From positions 2,635 through 66,634 of the forward strand of contig JBMOIG010000002.1 of assembly GCA_049317445.1 (NCBI GenBank): DNA of 64,000 nucleotides. Direction: 5' to 3'. The DNA comes from Myxococcota bacterium. GTDB lineage: Bacteria; Myxococcota_A; UBA9042. A program made the position numbers and the translations under genes. Shown piece after piece: positions 51,074 to 59,584 of the stretch. The first letter of the stretch is position 1; each line of letters opens with the position of its first letter. The notes below the pieces were generated by a model that saw only the letters and a list, made by a program, of their open reading frames with translations, was not told the origin of the DNA and did no database searches.

Positions 51074-53500
51074 TCACATTGGCTTTGCGTCGGTCGCCTC
51101 CGCCTGCGCCCGCAGCCGCTCGATCACCTGACGAACCACGACCTGCTCGGGCAGTCCGTGCCGCGCCGTGATCGTCAGCGCCTCGCCTAGCAACGACCCG
51201 CACGCCTCGCCATGGCCCAGCGCCCCCTCAACCTGCCCGGCGAGCAACAGAGCGGCCCCCAGGCTGCGTGGCTCGGCCGCAGTGCGCAGGTCGGCAATCG
51301 CGGCGTGCAGCAGTGGGGCGGCGCCGACAAAGTCGCGCTGCTGCGCACAGATGCGACCCAACAGCGCTCGGGCGTCGCCACGCGTTGCGGTGGAAAGGCG
51401 GTTGGCCAGGGCGGAGGACAGACTCAGGGAGGCCAGTCGTGCGCGGGCCGCGGCAAGGTCACCGCCCTCGAGGTCGGCCAGCGCCCAATCGGTCAAGACC
51501 GCAACGCGCTCGTCATCGCGACCGTCGGCCTCCGCCGCTTGCAGGGCGGCTTCCAGATGGTACCGCACGGCAGTCGAGTCGCCCCGAACGCGAGCTGCCG
51601 CCGCCAGACCACGCTGCGCACGGATCGACAGGGGTTGCAGGCCGGCAGCGAGCGCGTCCGTGAGCGCCTGTTCGAAGGCCGCTGTCGCGTCAGCGCCTTC
51701 ACGCGCCGCCAGCAGTGCGTTGCCGAGCTCAAAGGACGCCTCCGCCGCCAGATCTCGGCGGTGGTGCGCCAGTGCCGTCGCCCGCGACTGGTCCAGAGCA
51801 AACCGCGCCTCGTCCAGTCGTCCAAGCGCGACAAGGGCCCGGCCGCCCGTCATCGCCGCCGATGCCGAGGCCGCCGGGTCGGACCCGCGCTTCGCGAGCT
51901 GGCCCGCCTCGACGGCCCGGCGTGCGGCCAACGACGGTTCCCCCAGCCTCAGCAGAACCTGGGCCTCACGAGCGACGGCCCGCGCCTGCAAGGCCAGCGA
52001 CGGTTGCGTGTCGGCCGCGCCTACGGCCTCGTGGGCCACTTGCCGCGCCAAGGCGACGTCGTCTTGCTGCAACAGAGCCGCGACGTGCAGGTCCAACGCG
52101 GCCAAAGCCTGGGGCACGCTTCCGGTTTGCCGAGCCTCCGCCACGGCTGCCGTCGCCAGATCGACCGCGGTCAGGTCCTGCGCCGCAACCGCAACGCCCG
52201 CAAGCACGAGTGCTGCCTCGACGCTCCACTCGCCTTGACCCTCGCGCTGCGCATCCCCTTGCACCAGCAAGGCAATGCGACGGGCTGCGGCCAGACGACC
52301 GGCCGCCAGCGCCGTCCGCGCTGCCAGCAGTCGGTCACGGGCCGCGGCAGGACGGTCGCCCAGCTGCTCGCGCAGCTCGACGGCTTCGTGCAGCGCCTCT
52401 GCGGCGGCGTCCTGCCTGCCTCCGCTGGCAGCCAGAACGGCGAACACCTCGAGTCGCGCGGCCCTGAGCGCCGGCTGTTCGGCCCACTGCGGCGGCGGCT
52501 CCCGCTCGTGCCACCCCGCGGCCTCAGCCCACCGTCCTGCGTCCAGAAGCGCGAGCGCCAGCTCCGACTCCAGCAGCCACGCCATGCGCTCGACGCCCTG
52601 CTCGCGGGCAATGCGCACCGCTGCCAACAGGATCTCGACCGCCGCTGCCGGGTCGCCGGAACGACGCGCCAGCAGCGCATCCAACCGCAGCGCGTCCAGA
52701 TGCAGGCCGGGCAGCGCCAACGCACGGGCAGCTTCCGCAGCACCGGCCAGAAAGAGTCGCGCTTCCGGCCAGTTGCGACGACCGATCGCCGCTTGCGCCC
52801 GCATGACCGCAAGGCTGGCGCGGACCGCCTGGGTGCGCTGCCTCGCCTGCTCCAACGCTTCAGGGTCTTGGGGGTCCAGCGCCAGCGCCAAGTCGTGGTC
52901 CGCGCGGTCCTGAGCGGCGCGGATCAAGGCCTCTGCCACCGGCGCTTCACCAGCCCCAAGCTCGTGCAACGCAAGCCCCAGCAGGGCACGGGCGGCGATC
53001 GGCGTCGCACCGGCTGCATCGGCCAACGCGCGCGCACGCGCCCACCACGAGGTTGCGGCGCGCGGGTTTCCGCCCTGCCAGTCCAGGTCACCCAGCAGCA
53101 GGCAGGCGGCCGCGGCTCCGGCTCTCTCATCGCCCCGCTGAAAGCCGTCCAAGGCGGCAAGGCCATGGCGGTCAGCAGCGTGCAGGTCGCCGGCGTCGCC
53201 GTACAAGTCCGCGCGCTCCAGATGGATCCAACCGGCCTGCGCCGCCAGCGCAGTGGTCGGCGGCACCTGCAGGGCCGGCCACGCAAGGGCGGCATCCAGC
53301 AACCGGGCGGCCGCAACCGTATCGCCACGGGCGCGCAGCACGCGCGCCAGCGCAAGGGCATCCAGTGTGCCGGTAGAGGCGTCGGGGTCGGGAGCGAAAG
53401 GGTCCGCCGGGATGTCGCGCGGGTGTCGGGCCATCAGCGCCTCCGCCAGCCGCTTGCCCTGCCGGGTCTTGGGCCGTGGCGGCAGCGTAGTATGGCGCAA
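51074..53500 (-). CDS. Large Ala/Leu-rich TPR-like repeat protein (hypothetical regulator/scaffold)
   Basis: 808 aa of helical-hairpin-like ~34-aa repeats rich in A/L/R with recurring W/Y-LG-A-G. No enzymatic motifs. Start uncertain (ATG 53500 or 53434). Confidence 0.5.
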   Translation of the reverse strand: MRHTTLPPRPKTRQGKRLAEALMARHPRDIPADPFAPDPDASTGTLDALALARVLRARGDTVAAARLLDAALAWPALQVPPTTALAAQAGWIHLERADLYGDAGDLHAADRHGLAALDGFQRGDERAGAAAACLLLGDLDWQGGNPRAATSWWARARALADAAGATPIAARALLGLALHELGAGEAPVAEALIRAAQDRADHDLALALDPQDPEALEQARQRTQAVRASLAVMRAQAAIGRRNWPEARLFLAGAAEAARALALPGLHLDALRLDALLARRSGDPAAAVEILLAAVRIAREQGVERMAWLLESELALALLDAGRWAEAAGWHEREPPPQWAEQPALRAARLEVFAVLAASGGRQDAAAEALHEAVELREQLGDRPAAARDRLLAARTALAAGRLAAARRIALLVQGDAQREGQGEWSVEAALVLAGVAVAAQDLTAVDLATAAVAEARQTGSVPQALAALDLHVAALLQQDDVALARQVAHEAVGAADTQPSLALQARAVAREAQVLLRLGEPSLAARRAVEAGQLAKRGSDPAASASAAMTGGRALVALGRLDEARFALDQSRATALAHHRRDLAAEASFELGNALLAAREGADATAAFEQALTDALAAGLQPLSIRAQRGLAAAARVRGDSTAVRYHLEAALQAAEADGRDDERVAVLTDWALADLEGGDLAAARARLASLSLSSALANRLSTATRGDARALLGRICAQQRDFVGAAPLLHAAIADLRTAAEPRSLGAALLLAGQVEGALGHGEACGSLLGEALTITARHGLPEQVVVRQVIERLRAQAEATDAKPM

Positions 53501-53524
53501 GCGGACGGGGCAAGGCGTGTCCGA

Positions 53525-53917
53525 CTAGCCCGCGGACTTCGTCGCCTCGGTGGCCAACAAGGCGGTGACAGAGCCGTCGGCAAGGCCGCGTTGCAGGTCC
53601 TCGAAGCCGCCGATCAGGGTTCCGCGAACGAAGACTTGCGGAAAGGTCGGCCAGCCGCTCCACAGTTTGACCGCCAGGCGCGGCTTCCAGGCCGACATGT
53701 AGCTGCCGTACTCGAGATAGGTGAAGGTCAGCCCGGCCTTGTCCAAGGCCTTGCGAGCGCGCTTGACGAACGGGTTCTGCGCCATGCCGACCACGACGAT
53801 CGGGTCGCGGGCGACGGCCGCCTGAACCTCGTGCACGGTGTCGGCGTGAAAGCCTGCGATCGCGGCGAGCGCGAGGCCTTGGACTTGGCTGGCGGCAAGG
53901 ACGGGACGGTCGGTCAT
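53525..53917 (-). CDS. Glutaredoxin-like protein (Grx4-like fold; canonical CGFS active site not present)
   Basis: C-terminal WPTFPQVFVRGTLIGGFEDL matches monothiol Grx (WPTFPQLYV.GELIGG.DI). The region aligning to the CGFS active site reads ...IVVVGMAQNPFVKRARKAL with no cysteine. Confidence 0.55.
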   Translation of the reverse strand: MTDRPVLAASQVQGLALAAIAGFHADTVHEVQAAVARDPIVVVGMAQNPFVKRARKALDKAGLTFTYLEYGSYMSAWKPRLAVKLWSGWPTFPQVFVRGTLIGGFEDLQRGLADGSVTALLATEATKSAG

Positions 53918-53980
53918 CGAGAACCTCTTGGGAAAGCCGGTTGGATGGGGTAAGTCCCCGTTTGGATACGCAAAGGTCAG

Positions 53981-56900
53981 CTACAGGCCGACCGACAGAT
54001 ACACCTGACTGCCGCTGACGGCACCAAACGCACGACCCGCGCCCAGTCGCAGCACGCCAAACGGTATGTAGGCGAGTTCATAGTCCATTTTTAGTTCGAG
54101 GCCCAGCGAGCCGACGCCTCCGCCGGGCAGCCTATCACTCGCCTCGCTCCAGAACGCATAGGCCCCGTCGACAAAGCCTGCCAACCAGACCCGCCCCGCG
54201 TACACGGGCAGCACGTCCAGACCCCGACCGATGTCTGCCAGCGGCCACTGCAGCGACAGGCTGCCCCATGCCAGACCGTCGCCGCCCAGCGCGCCCGCCA
54301 GCGTGGGCAGGCCACGCACGATCGAGCCCGATGAGCCACCGCCCAGGATCACCAACGGGTCGAGCGCCGCTTGGCCCGTCACCGAGTAGGTCGCGCCGTC
54401 GTCGGGACCGATGGGGGCCAGATCCAGCCGACCCGCCAGCGTCAGCACGCGGTGATGTCCCAAAGGCCAGTGGTGGCGGGTCGTTGCGGCCAACAGCAGG
54501 CGCTCTCGCACACCTCCCAGCCACGCATGACCCACCGTCGCGCGGCCGCTGACGTAGTGCAGGCGCTCTGCGGTGAAGGAGTCGGCGTAGGCCTCAGCCG
54601 CGCCCCACGAGAGACCCAGGTCCAGCAAGCCGTCGGTGCCGGTCCATGGTTCCACAGGCACGGGGCCGCCGGGGTCATGGGGGGTGCGGCGGTCGTAGGC
54701 CTCGTCACGCAGCCAGGTCTCGACCACGCGCCAGCCGCCATCCACCGTCCAGCTGTCGCGCACGCCGGGGATGGACCATGCGGCACCCAAGCGCCCTGCC
54801 ATGCGGTGCGTGGGTGTGGAGAACCAGCGAAAGCCTCGGCGGTACCAGGCGTTGCCTTGGCTATAGGCGAACGACAGGTCATAGCGGGGCTCCCACCGCG
54901 ACACGCCGAAGCCGCCCCACACCATCGGATCGCTACCGTCGTTGCGGAGCTGGGCCGCGAGATTCCAGTCGGTGAGCTCAAGGGCGTCGCGCCCCCAAGT
55001 CGCAGCCCCCAGCCACAGACCACCGTACATCGGGTCTGTGTCGTCGCCGGTCGCCAGCAGAATCGGCTTCCAAGCGCGCGGATACAGGGTGGGCCAGGGC
55101 GAGTACGGACGGGACAGCGAGAGCTGAGAGGTCGGGGCATAGGCGACGTCGGCAAGCAAGGCAGGGTCCAAGCGATCCGGTGTGCTCGGGGTGTGCTGGG
55201 CGGGAAGTGCAACCGCCCCCGCCACCGTCGCGTCGGCATGGACCGGTTCGGGCGCGCGGTAGACCTCCAGCCCGTGACCGTGGTGTCGCGTCGTCAGGGT
55301 GACGTCGGCCAGGTGCGCGGCTGAGGCGATGCCGGTCAGCGTCCGCGTGGCCAGCTGGAATTCCACTTGCGGACTGCTGAGATCCAGTGCCGCAGCGTCG
55401 CGATACAATCCCACCTGCACCACTGCCCCCAGCCAGAAATGGCCCTGACGCCGAAACACCTGCAGATCGTTGAGCCACGACACCGCAGGAAAGTCGCCGT
55501 CGGCCGGCCGCAGCAGCGGGTCGCCTGGACGTACCCGCAGACGATGGGCCTGCGGAGCGTCCGCCAGCCCCGTGGCATCGGGCGTCAGCGCCGCCGACCA
55601 CAGGAAGCGGTTCGCGCCGGCCCCTTGGGTCCAGTACAGCCGTCCGTCATCCGTCACCACGGGAGAACCGAGTGTGTCTGCGAAGTTGGGCGCGTCGACC
55701 CACAGCGTTGCGTCTGGAGGGGGCAGGCCGCCTTGTGCCCGCTGCAGTGCCTGCGCCAGATCCAGCTTTCGGATCTGCGTCCGGCCGTCGCGCACCGCCA
55801 CGAAGATGACAAGGGTGCCCGTCGGGTCCAGCGACGGGTCGCGCAGCCGCATCCCCCGCGTCAGCTGCAACGCCGGACCTTGGGCGTGGGGCCGGCCTTG
55901 GGCATCGTTGCGCAGCGGCAGCGCCAGCAGCTCACGCCACTGGTACAGCCGGTCAGTCCGCCGCGACTCCGTAAACAGCAGCCACTTGCCATCCGGGGTC
56001 GCCATGGCCTCGTCGCAGTCCAGCTCGCACACATGAAGCACTTCTTGTGCACCTGTAATGCCCTGTATACGCACGATTCGTGCACGCCCGTCCGCCGGTG
56101 CGTGGGTTCCGACAGCCCACAGGCCGTCCCCCCAGGGTCGCAGCCGACCGCGCAGCTCGCCATCGGTCGTCAGTCGCGCGCCGTCTGAAGCCGCGACCCA
56201 CCGCGCCAGCTGCTCCGGAGAGGTGACCTCGACACCCGCCACCGCCTGCACGTCGGCCCGCACGCGCTGCTGCAGTTGCTCGACAGAGTCGCGCCACAGA
56301 CGGGTCAGGCTCTTGCCGAACACCTGGCGACTGGTGCCCTGCACGCCGAAGGGAATGGTGCGCGAGCCGTAGATGCGAACGAATTCCTTGATCTTGTCGT
56401 CACCGTAATGCTTCGCCAGATCGTCGAGCAGCAGGCTGCCGTACAGGTACCACCCGCCGCCACGCGGCCAACGCAGCGGCTGACCGGACAGCTGGTTCAG
56501 ATCCGGCACCGTGTCGTCCAGCACCGCCGCCCGCAGCAGCGCGAGGTAGGCCGGACTGTCGATGCGCCCGCCTCGCCCCGCCACGGCCCGGTCGGCCCCG
56601 GTGTGACGCGTCTCGGCCCAAGTCGCCAGCCCCTCCAGAAAGAACCGCGGCATCAACCCGTTGGGCAGCCAGACCCGCCCGAGCACGTGGTTGGCAGCGT
56701 CGGGCAGCCCCGAGACCTCTCCCATCTGCAGGATGTGCGCGTACTCGTGGAACAGAAGGGCCCGCACCCAGTCGCCGTGGTCGCCCAATTCGCTCCCGGG
56801 ATCAGGGGGATAGGCGTGCAGGTGCACGCGATCGTAAGGCACCACCGTGGCAAAGCCGTTGGCCGAGTCCGAGTAGTCGTCGATCGTCAGCTGCAGCCGG

Positions 56901-57208
56901 GGACGGTTGGCCTGCGACAGCAGCGGTCCCAGCGTGCGCTGGGCGTCGATCAGTGTGTTCAGGGCGCGGCGGGCCAAATCTTCGAGCTGGCTGGGATAGT
57001 GCACGTCGACGTCGGGATGGCGCAGCGACCGCCACTCGATCGCGCCGTCGGCCGCGTGCGCCGGGACCGCCCAAGCCAGCATGGCCAGTACAATCCAGCC
57101 CTTCCAAAGCCGCACCGCTGCCGGGGACCCTCGTCCGTCGCGCGTTCGAAAGGGGCGATCGGTCCGGGCGGGGGTCACGGGGCGTCCCAGGCTGCGCGGC
57201 AGGCGCAA
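53981..57208 (-). CDS. Large secreted hypothetical protein with HExxH motif and beta-propeller-like middle region
   Basis: 1075 aa. Signal-like ...LWKGWIVLAMLAWAVPAHA. LLFHEYAHIL (HExxH). Central region with recurring turn-rich segments reminiscent of TolB-like propellers. Start uncertain. Confidence 0.5.
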   Translation of the reverse strand: MRLPRSLGRPVTPARTDRPFRTRDGRGSPAAVRLWKGWIVLAMLAWAVPAHAADGAIEWRSLRHPDVDVHYPSQLEDLARRALNTLIDAQRTLGPLLSQANRPRLQLTIDDYSDSANGFATVVPYDRVHLHAYPPDPGSELGDHGDWVRALLFHEYAHILQMGEVSGLPDAANHVLGRVWLPNGLMPRFFLEGLATWAETRHTGADRAVAGRGGRIDSPAYLALLRAAVLDDTVPDLNQLSGQPLRWPRGGGWYLYGSLLLDDLAKHYGDDKIKEFVRIYGSRTIPFGVQGTSRQVFGKSLTRLWRDSVEQLQQRVRADVQAVAGVEVTSPEQLARWVAASDGARLTTDGELRGRLRPWGDGLWAVGTHAPADGRARIVRIQGITGAQEVLHVCELDCDEAMATPDGKWLLFTESRRTDRLYQWRELLALPLRNDAQGRPHAQGPALQLTRGMRLRDPSLDPTGTLVIFVAVRDGRTQIRKLDLAQALQRAQGGLPPPDATLWVDAPNFADTLGSPVVTDDGRLYWTQGAGANRFLWSAALTPDATGLADAPQAHRLRVRPGDPLLRPADGDFPAVSWLNDLQVFRRQGHFWLGAVVQVGLYRDAAALDLSSPQVEFQLATRTLTGIASAAHLADVTLTTRHHGHGLEVYRAPEPVHADATVAGAVALPAQHTPSTPDRLDPALLADVAYAPTSQLSLSRPYSPWPTLYPRAWKPILLATGDDTDPMYGGLWLGAATWGRDALELTDWNLAAQLRNDGSDPMVWGGFGVSRWEPRYDLSFAYSQGNAWYRRGFRWFSTPTHRMAGRLGAAWSIPGVRDSWTVDGGWRVVETWLRDEAYDRRTPHDPGGPVPVEPWTGTDGLLDLGLSWGAAEAYADSFTAERLHYVSGRATVGHAWLGGVRERLLLAATTRHHWPLGHHRVLTLAGRLDLAPIGPDDGATYSVTGQAALDPLVILGGGSSGSIVRGLPTLAGALGGDGLAWGSLSLQWPLADIGRGLDVLPVYAGRVWLAGFVDGAYAFWSEASDRLPGGGVGSLGLELKMDYELAYIPFGVLRLGAGRAFGAVSGSQVYLSVGL

Positions 57209-57312
57209 AGGCGTAGCGGCAGGCCGCAGTGTCGCGAGTCTGTCTGCCCTCGTCCAGCCCGCCGCGAAACGGTATGCTCTGCGCCCCCATCGCCACAGGA
57301 AGTCGAGACCTT

Positions 57313-58899
57313 ATGACCGATTCGCCGCTTCCGCCCCTGACCGACGCCGCCGAGACCCCGGACGAGCTGCACCAGCGACTGCTGCTGGCCACGCAGCTGC
57401 TCGAGGCGATCGCCGCTGACCGCGGGCTGCTTCGCTCGCTGTCGCACGACGATAAGACCCGGCTGATCAACGCCGCCGGCGACGTGTTCTGCCCCAACCT
57501 GGACGTGCGGCGCCAGCGGGCCAAGATCCGCGCCCGCCAGCGCAAGAACGAGCGGGTCTCGGCCGAAGAGGCGGTGCTGCAAGACGCCGGCATCCGCGTG
57601 CTGCGGTCCAAGCCCGTGTTCGTCACGCCCAACGTCTTTCCGCCGACAGAGACGCCGCAGGACGACGTGGCTGAGAACGACCCCGACTACCGCGAGGTGA
57701 CAGAGCCGCAGCACTGCTACGTCTGCAAGCGCAAGTACACGCAGGTCCACTCGTTTTACGACCAGCTGTGCCCGCCCTGCGCCGAGTTCAACTTTCGCAA
57801 GCGCACCGAGTCGGCCGACTTGCGCGGGCGGGTGGCGCTGCTGACCGGCGGGCGCGTCAAGATCGGCTATCAGGCGGGGATCAAGCTGCTGCGGGCCGGT
57901 GCGCACCTGATCGTCACCACGCGCTTTCCCCGAGACGCGGCGCAGCGTTACGCGATGGAGCCCGACTTTGCCCAATGGGCCGACCGGCTCGAAGTGTTCG
58001 GACTGGACCTGCGCCACACGCCCAGCGTCGAGGCCTTCTGCCACCACCTGATGACGACCCGCAACCGCTTGGATTACATCGTCAACAACGCCTGCCAGAC
58101 GGTGCGCCGACCGCCCGACTTCTACCGCCACATGATGGAGGTCGAGACCGCCGCGCTGCACGACCTGCCCGAGCACGTGCGCAAGCTGCTGGGTGCCTAC
58201 GAGGGGCTGCGAAGCTACGCGCTGCCCGGGGCGCCGACCACGGGGGCCTCGCTGTTGACGTCGACCGCCGCGCTGCCGGACGAGCTGGTCGCTGGCCTGA
58301 CGCGCCCGGCCCAGCTATCGCAAGCCGCGCTGCTGCCTGGCGATCTGGGCGATCAGCACCTGTTCCCGCAGGGAGAGCTGGACCAGGACCTGCAGCAGGT
58401 CGACCTGCGCGAGCGCAACTCCTGGCGGCTGACGCTGCACGAGGTGTCGTCGGTCGAGCTGCTGGAGACGCAATTGGTCAATGCCGTCGCGCCGTTTGTG
58501 CTCAACGCGCGCCTCAAGCCGCTGATGCTGCTCAACCCGGAGCGCGACAAGCACATCGTCAACGTGTCGGCGATGGAGGGGCAGTTCTACCGCAAGCTCA
58601 AGACCACGCGGCACCCGCACACCAACATGGCCAAGGCCGCGCTGAACATGATGACGCGGACCTCGGCGGCCGACTACCACGCAGACGGCATCCACATGAA
58701 CAGCGTCGACACCGGGTGGATCAACGACGAGGACCCGGCGCATCTGGCCGCCCGCAAGGTCGTCGAGCAGCGCTTCCACCCGCCACTCGACATCGTCGAC
58801 GGCGCCGCGCGCATCGTCGACCCGATTATTGTGGGCGCGAACACCGGCGAGCACGTGTGGGGACAATTCCTGAAGGATTACGCGCCGACCGACTGGTAG
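57313..58899 (+). CDS. SDR-family oxidoreductase with ~170-aa N-terminal extension containing a CxxC...CxxC zinc-ribbon
   Basis: VALLTGGRVKIGYQAG (TGxxxxxG Rossmann motif of SDRs) from about aa 180. N-terminal HCYVCKRKYTQVHSFYDQLCPPCAEF (CxxC-x15-CxxC). Start ATG 57313 (MTDSPLPPL...). Confidence 0.65.
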   Translation: MTDSPLPPLTDAAETPDELHQRLLLATQLLEAIAADRGLLRSLSHDDKTRLINAAGDVFCPNLDVRRQRAKIRARQRKNERVSAEEAVLQDAGIRVLRSKPVFVTPNVFPPTETPQDDVAENDPDYREVTEPQHCYVCKRKYTQVHSFYDQLCPPCAEFNFRKRTESADLRGRVALLTGGRVKIGYQAGIKLLRAGAHLIVTTRFPRDAAQRYAMEPDFAQWADRLEVFGLDLRHTPSVEAFCHHLMTTRNRLDYIVNNACQTVRRPPDFYRHMMEVETAALHDLPEHVRKLLGAYEGLRSYALPGAPTTGASLLTSTAALPDELVAGLTRPAQLSQAALLPGDLGDQHLFPQGELDQDLQQVDLRERNSWRLTLHEVSSVELLETQLVNAVAPFVLNARLKPLMLLNPERDKHIVNVSAMEGQFYRKLKTTRHPHTNMAKAALNMMTRTSAADYHADGIHMNSVDTGWINDEDPAHLAARKVVEQRFHPPLDIVDGAARIVDPIIVGANTGEHVWGQFLKDYAPTDW

Positions 58900-59555
58900 G
58901 CCACCCACACGCAGTGCGGACTGCCGCCCTTGCCGGGGTGGTGGCGCTCGAAGCGAAAGCCGGCGCGCCTGAGCTCGCGGTCAAAGCGGTCGTCGGACAC
59001 CTCGCCCCACACCGCGAACCACCCGTTTGGTGTCAAGGCCTTGCGCGTGCGGCCCAGCGCCGTCGGCCCATAGCGCGGGTCGTCGGGCGGCTGCGTCGCG
59101 GCGTGCGGTCCCTCGTACAGATCCAGCAGGATGGCGTCGAACGCGGGACCTGACTTCGCGTGGTGGGCGATCAGGGTCGTCACGTCGCCCATGTGCACCG
59201 AAACGCGCGGATCGGCCAGCGCGTCTGCCGACGCCGGGGCCAGCGAACCGCGACACCACCGCACCACCTCGGTGTTCAACTCCGCGACGACGACCTTGGC
59301 GTCCTGCGGCAGCACGTCCAGGGCCGCCCGCAGCGTAATCCCCATGCCCAGCCCGCCGACCAGCACCCGCGGCGCCTTGCGATCGGCCAGCCGTCGGCAC
59401 ACGTCCTCGGCCAGAAAGGTCTCGGACCGTGCGTGCTGGCTGCTCATCAGCACCCGACCGCCCACGACGATCAGGAACTCGCGCTCGCCGCGCTGCCGCA
59501 GCTCCAGCGTTCCCTCCGGGGTGTCCAGACGGTCCAGGGTGATCCAAGGGCGCAT
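58878..59555 (-). CDS. Spermidine-synthase-like (PABS family) SAM-dependent transferase
   Basis: VLVGGLGMGITLRAAL (GxGxG SAM motif) and ...ILLDLYEGP... typical of spermine/spermidine synthase-like proteins. 3' end overlaps the convergent SDR gene by ~22 nt. Confidence 0.55.
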   Translation of the reverse strand: MRPWITLDRLDTPEGTLELRQRGEREFLIVVGGRVLMSSQHARSETFLAEDVCRRLADRKAPRVLVGGLGMGITLRAALDVLPQDAKVVVAELNTEVVRWCRGSLAPASADALADPRVSVHMGDVTTLIAHHAKSGPAFDAILLDLYEGPHAATQPPDDPRYGPTALGRTRKALTPNGWFAVWGEVSDDRFDRELRRAGFRFERHHPGKGGSPHCVWVAYQSVGA

Positions 59556-59584
59556 GAGGTCTCCAAACGTGCAGTAAACGTGCG

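Noticed and set aside
51212-53953. 913-aa plus-strand ORF
   Set aside because: Antisense to the 808-aa TPR-like gene and the glutaredoxin-like gene. Arg/Gly-rich junk translation.
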